Part shown: piece by piece, positions 46,718 to 47,538 of the stretch
Layout: the number at the start of each line of letters is the position of its first letter
Numbering within the stretch: position 1 is the first letter of the stretch
Assembly: GCA_044344305.1 (NCBI GenBank)
Contig: JBIJDE010000001.1
Coordinates: forward strand, 1 to 47,538
Reading direction: 5' to 3'
Length of the DNA stretch: 47,538 bases
DNA from: Armatimonadota bacterium
Lineage (GTDB): Bacteria > Armatimonadota > Hebobacteria > CAIYQO01
Notes under the pieces: generated by a model
Told to the model about the DNA's origin: nothing
The model's database searches: none
Seen by the model: the letters and a program-made list of their open reading frames with translations, nothing else
Position numbers and translations under genes: made by a program

Positions 46718-46742
46718 GTTTACAGCATTGTTTTATTTTGTT

Positions 46743-47069
46743 ATGGATTATACGATTATTATTGAATATAAACAGCGTGATTTAAACATGTTGAAAAATA
46801 TAATAAAATCTCTATGGAAATCATTTATAAGCAAATCTTGGCATTGGAAACCGATTTTGGCATGCATTTTGTTATATGTCATCCTTGGCATGTTTGACAT
46901 TGTGCCGTGGTATGATACGACATCAATACCAGTTCATATCAGTAAAGCAAAAATCGCTATGCAAAAAGAGGATTATTCTAATGCGACACGGCATATAATA
47001 GCTGTGATGAACCGAGTTGAAATGTATCCGCAGTATGATAATCAATGTTGGCCCAACTTCCGCAGTTAA
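46743..47069 (+). CDS. Small hypothetical membrane protein
   Basis: AT-rich ORF with one hydrophobic helix 'ILACILLYVILGMFDIV'. The start is ambiguous (ATG at 46743 or 46788) and no SD is visible. A hairpin plus T-run follows. Confidence 0.3.
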   Translation: MDYTIIIEYKQRDLNMLKNIIKSLWKSFISKSWHWKPILACILLYVILGMFDIVPWYDTTSIPVHISKAKIAMQKEDYSNATRHIIAVMNRVEMYPQYDNQCWPNFRS

Positions 47070-47125
47070 GCCTTAATTTTAGTGGTGTTTACTCTCAAAA
47101 CCATAAAAATTAAGGCTTATTTTTC
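47068..47125 (+). terminator. Stem-loop plus T-run
   Basis: Perfect 13-bp stem aagccttaatttt (47068-47080) / aaaattaaggctt (47106-47118) with a 25-nt loop, then atttttcc. Confidence 0.55.
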
Positions 47126-47127
47126 CA

Positions 47128-47493
47128 CTACATTTTTGTAATTTTTAGATAACTTGGCATTTGAAGTTTTAATTGTTGAAGTAATGTTGCTTGATATGGG
47201 GTTGGTTGGGTTATACATCGCCGACGGATTCCCACACCACTTCGGGTTGGTATAACAACATCGACTACTTGAATATTTGATATTACATCTAATACTTTTC
47301 GTGGTTCGTCACCTAATCCAGCCCGTTTGCATAATAATCCCAGTGTTTTCCAAAGTACATAAGCAAGGAAACATACGAGGATATGAGCTTTCACGCGGTC
47401 TTCTTTCTGATGCCATATAGGTCGCAATTTTAAGTCACTTTTTTGAATGTGAAAGGCTGCTTCCGCTTGAGTTAGTTGAATATATGGGACGAA
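47128..47493 (-). mobile_element. C-terminal remnant of an IS4/IS1634-like DDE transposase (pseudogene)
   Basis: The frame reads '...YIQLTQAEAAFHIQKSDLKLRPIWHQKEDRVKAHILVCFLAYVLWKTL...'. This is the conserved C-terminal block of IS1634/IS4-type transposases as I remember them. An in-frame stop lies at 47494-47496, so only about 120 codons remain. Confidence 0.6.
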
Positions 47494-47538
47494 TTAATCT
47501 GTATTGAAAAGCCAAAAGAGATGAAATTTGGACATGAT

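Noticed and set aside
46674-46742. N-terminal extension of the small ORF (TTG start at 46674)
   Set aside because: The extension translates the gtagagac...gtctctac hairpin repeat ('CRDARFCVST') and has a non-ATG start. The internal ATGs at 46743 or 46788 are more plausible.

Overview
This 47.5-kb window looks like a bacterial chromosomal fragment with backbone G+C in the mid-40s to low-50s % (by eye). All protein calls come from motif recognition only; no searches were run. Two prepilin-type H-X9-DG pseudopilin genes suggest a PVC-type (Planctomycetota/Verrucomicrobiota/Lentisphaerota-like) or allied uncultured lineage, which is an inference. The content is mainly carbohydrate utilisation: a giant secreted GH2, GH38, DUF2961/GH172, two unassigned cytoplasmic TIM-barrel-like proteins, and rhaI-rhaB. 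Interleaved with these are housekeeping DNA-repair genes (rmuC, recJ, pcrA/uvrD), ppnP, an MFS transporter, tldD/pmbA, a VOC protein and a ferredoxin-nitroreductase. I saw no rRNA, tRNA, CRISPR array, prophage or recognisable defence operon. Four things stand out. (1) Two pseudopilins carry large C-terminal beta-sandwich extensions, one with two discoidin/F5-8-C-like domains, and both sit next to glycan-degrading genes. This is a candidate pilus-based glycan-capture module. (2) Most intergenic gaps hold diverse hairpin-forming repeats. One ~82-nt family shows compensatory base-pair changes between copies. (3) A 1.05-kb non-coding composite tandem array lies at 3159-4203. (4) Several markedly AT-rich insertions are present: an ion-channel gene, a lipoprotein plus secreted-protein pair, a Fic gene, and a small ORF next to an IS remnant. 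None of the functional hypotheses is proven by the sequence alone.
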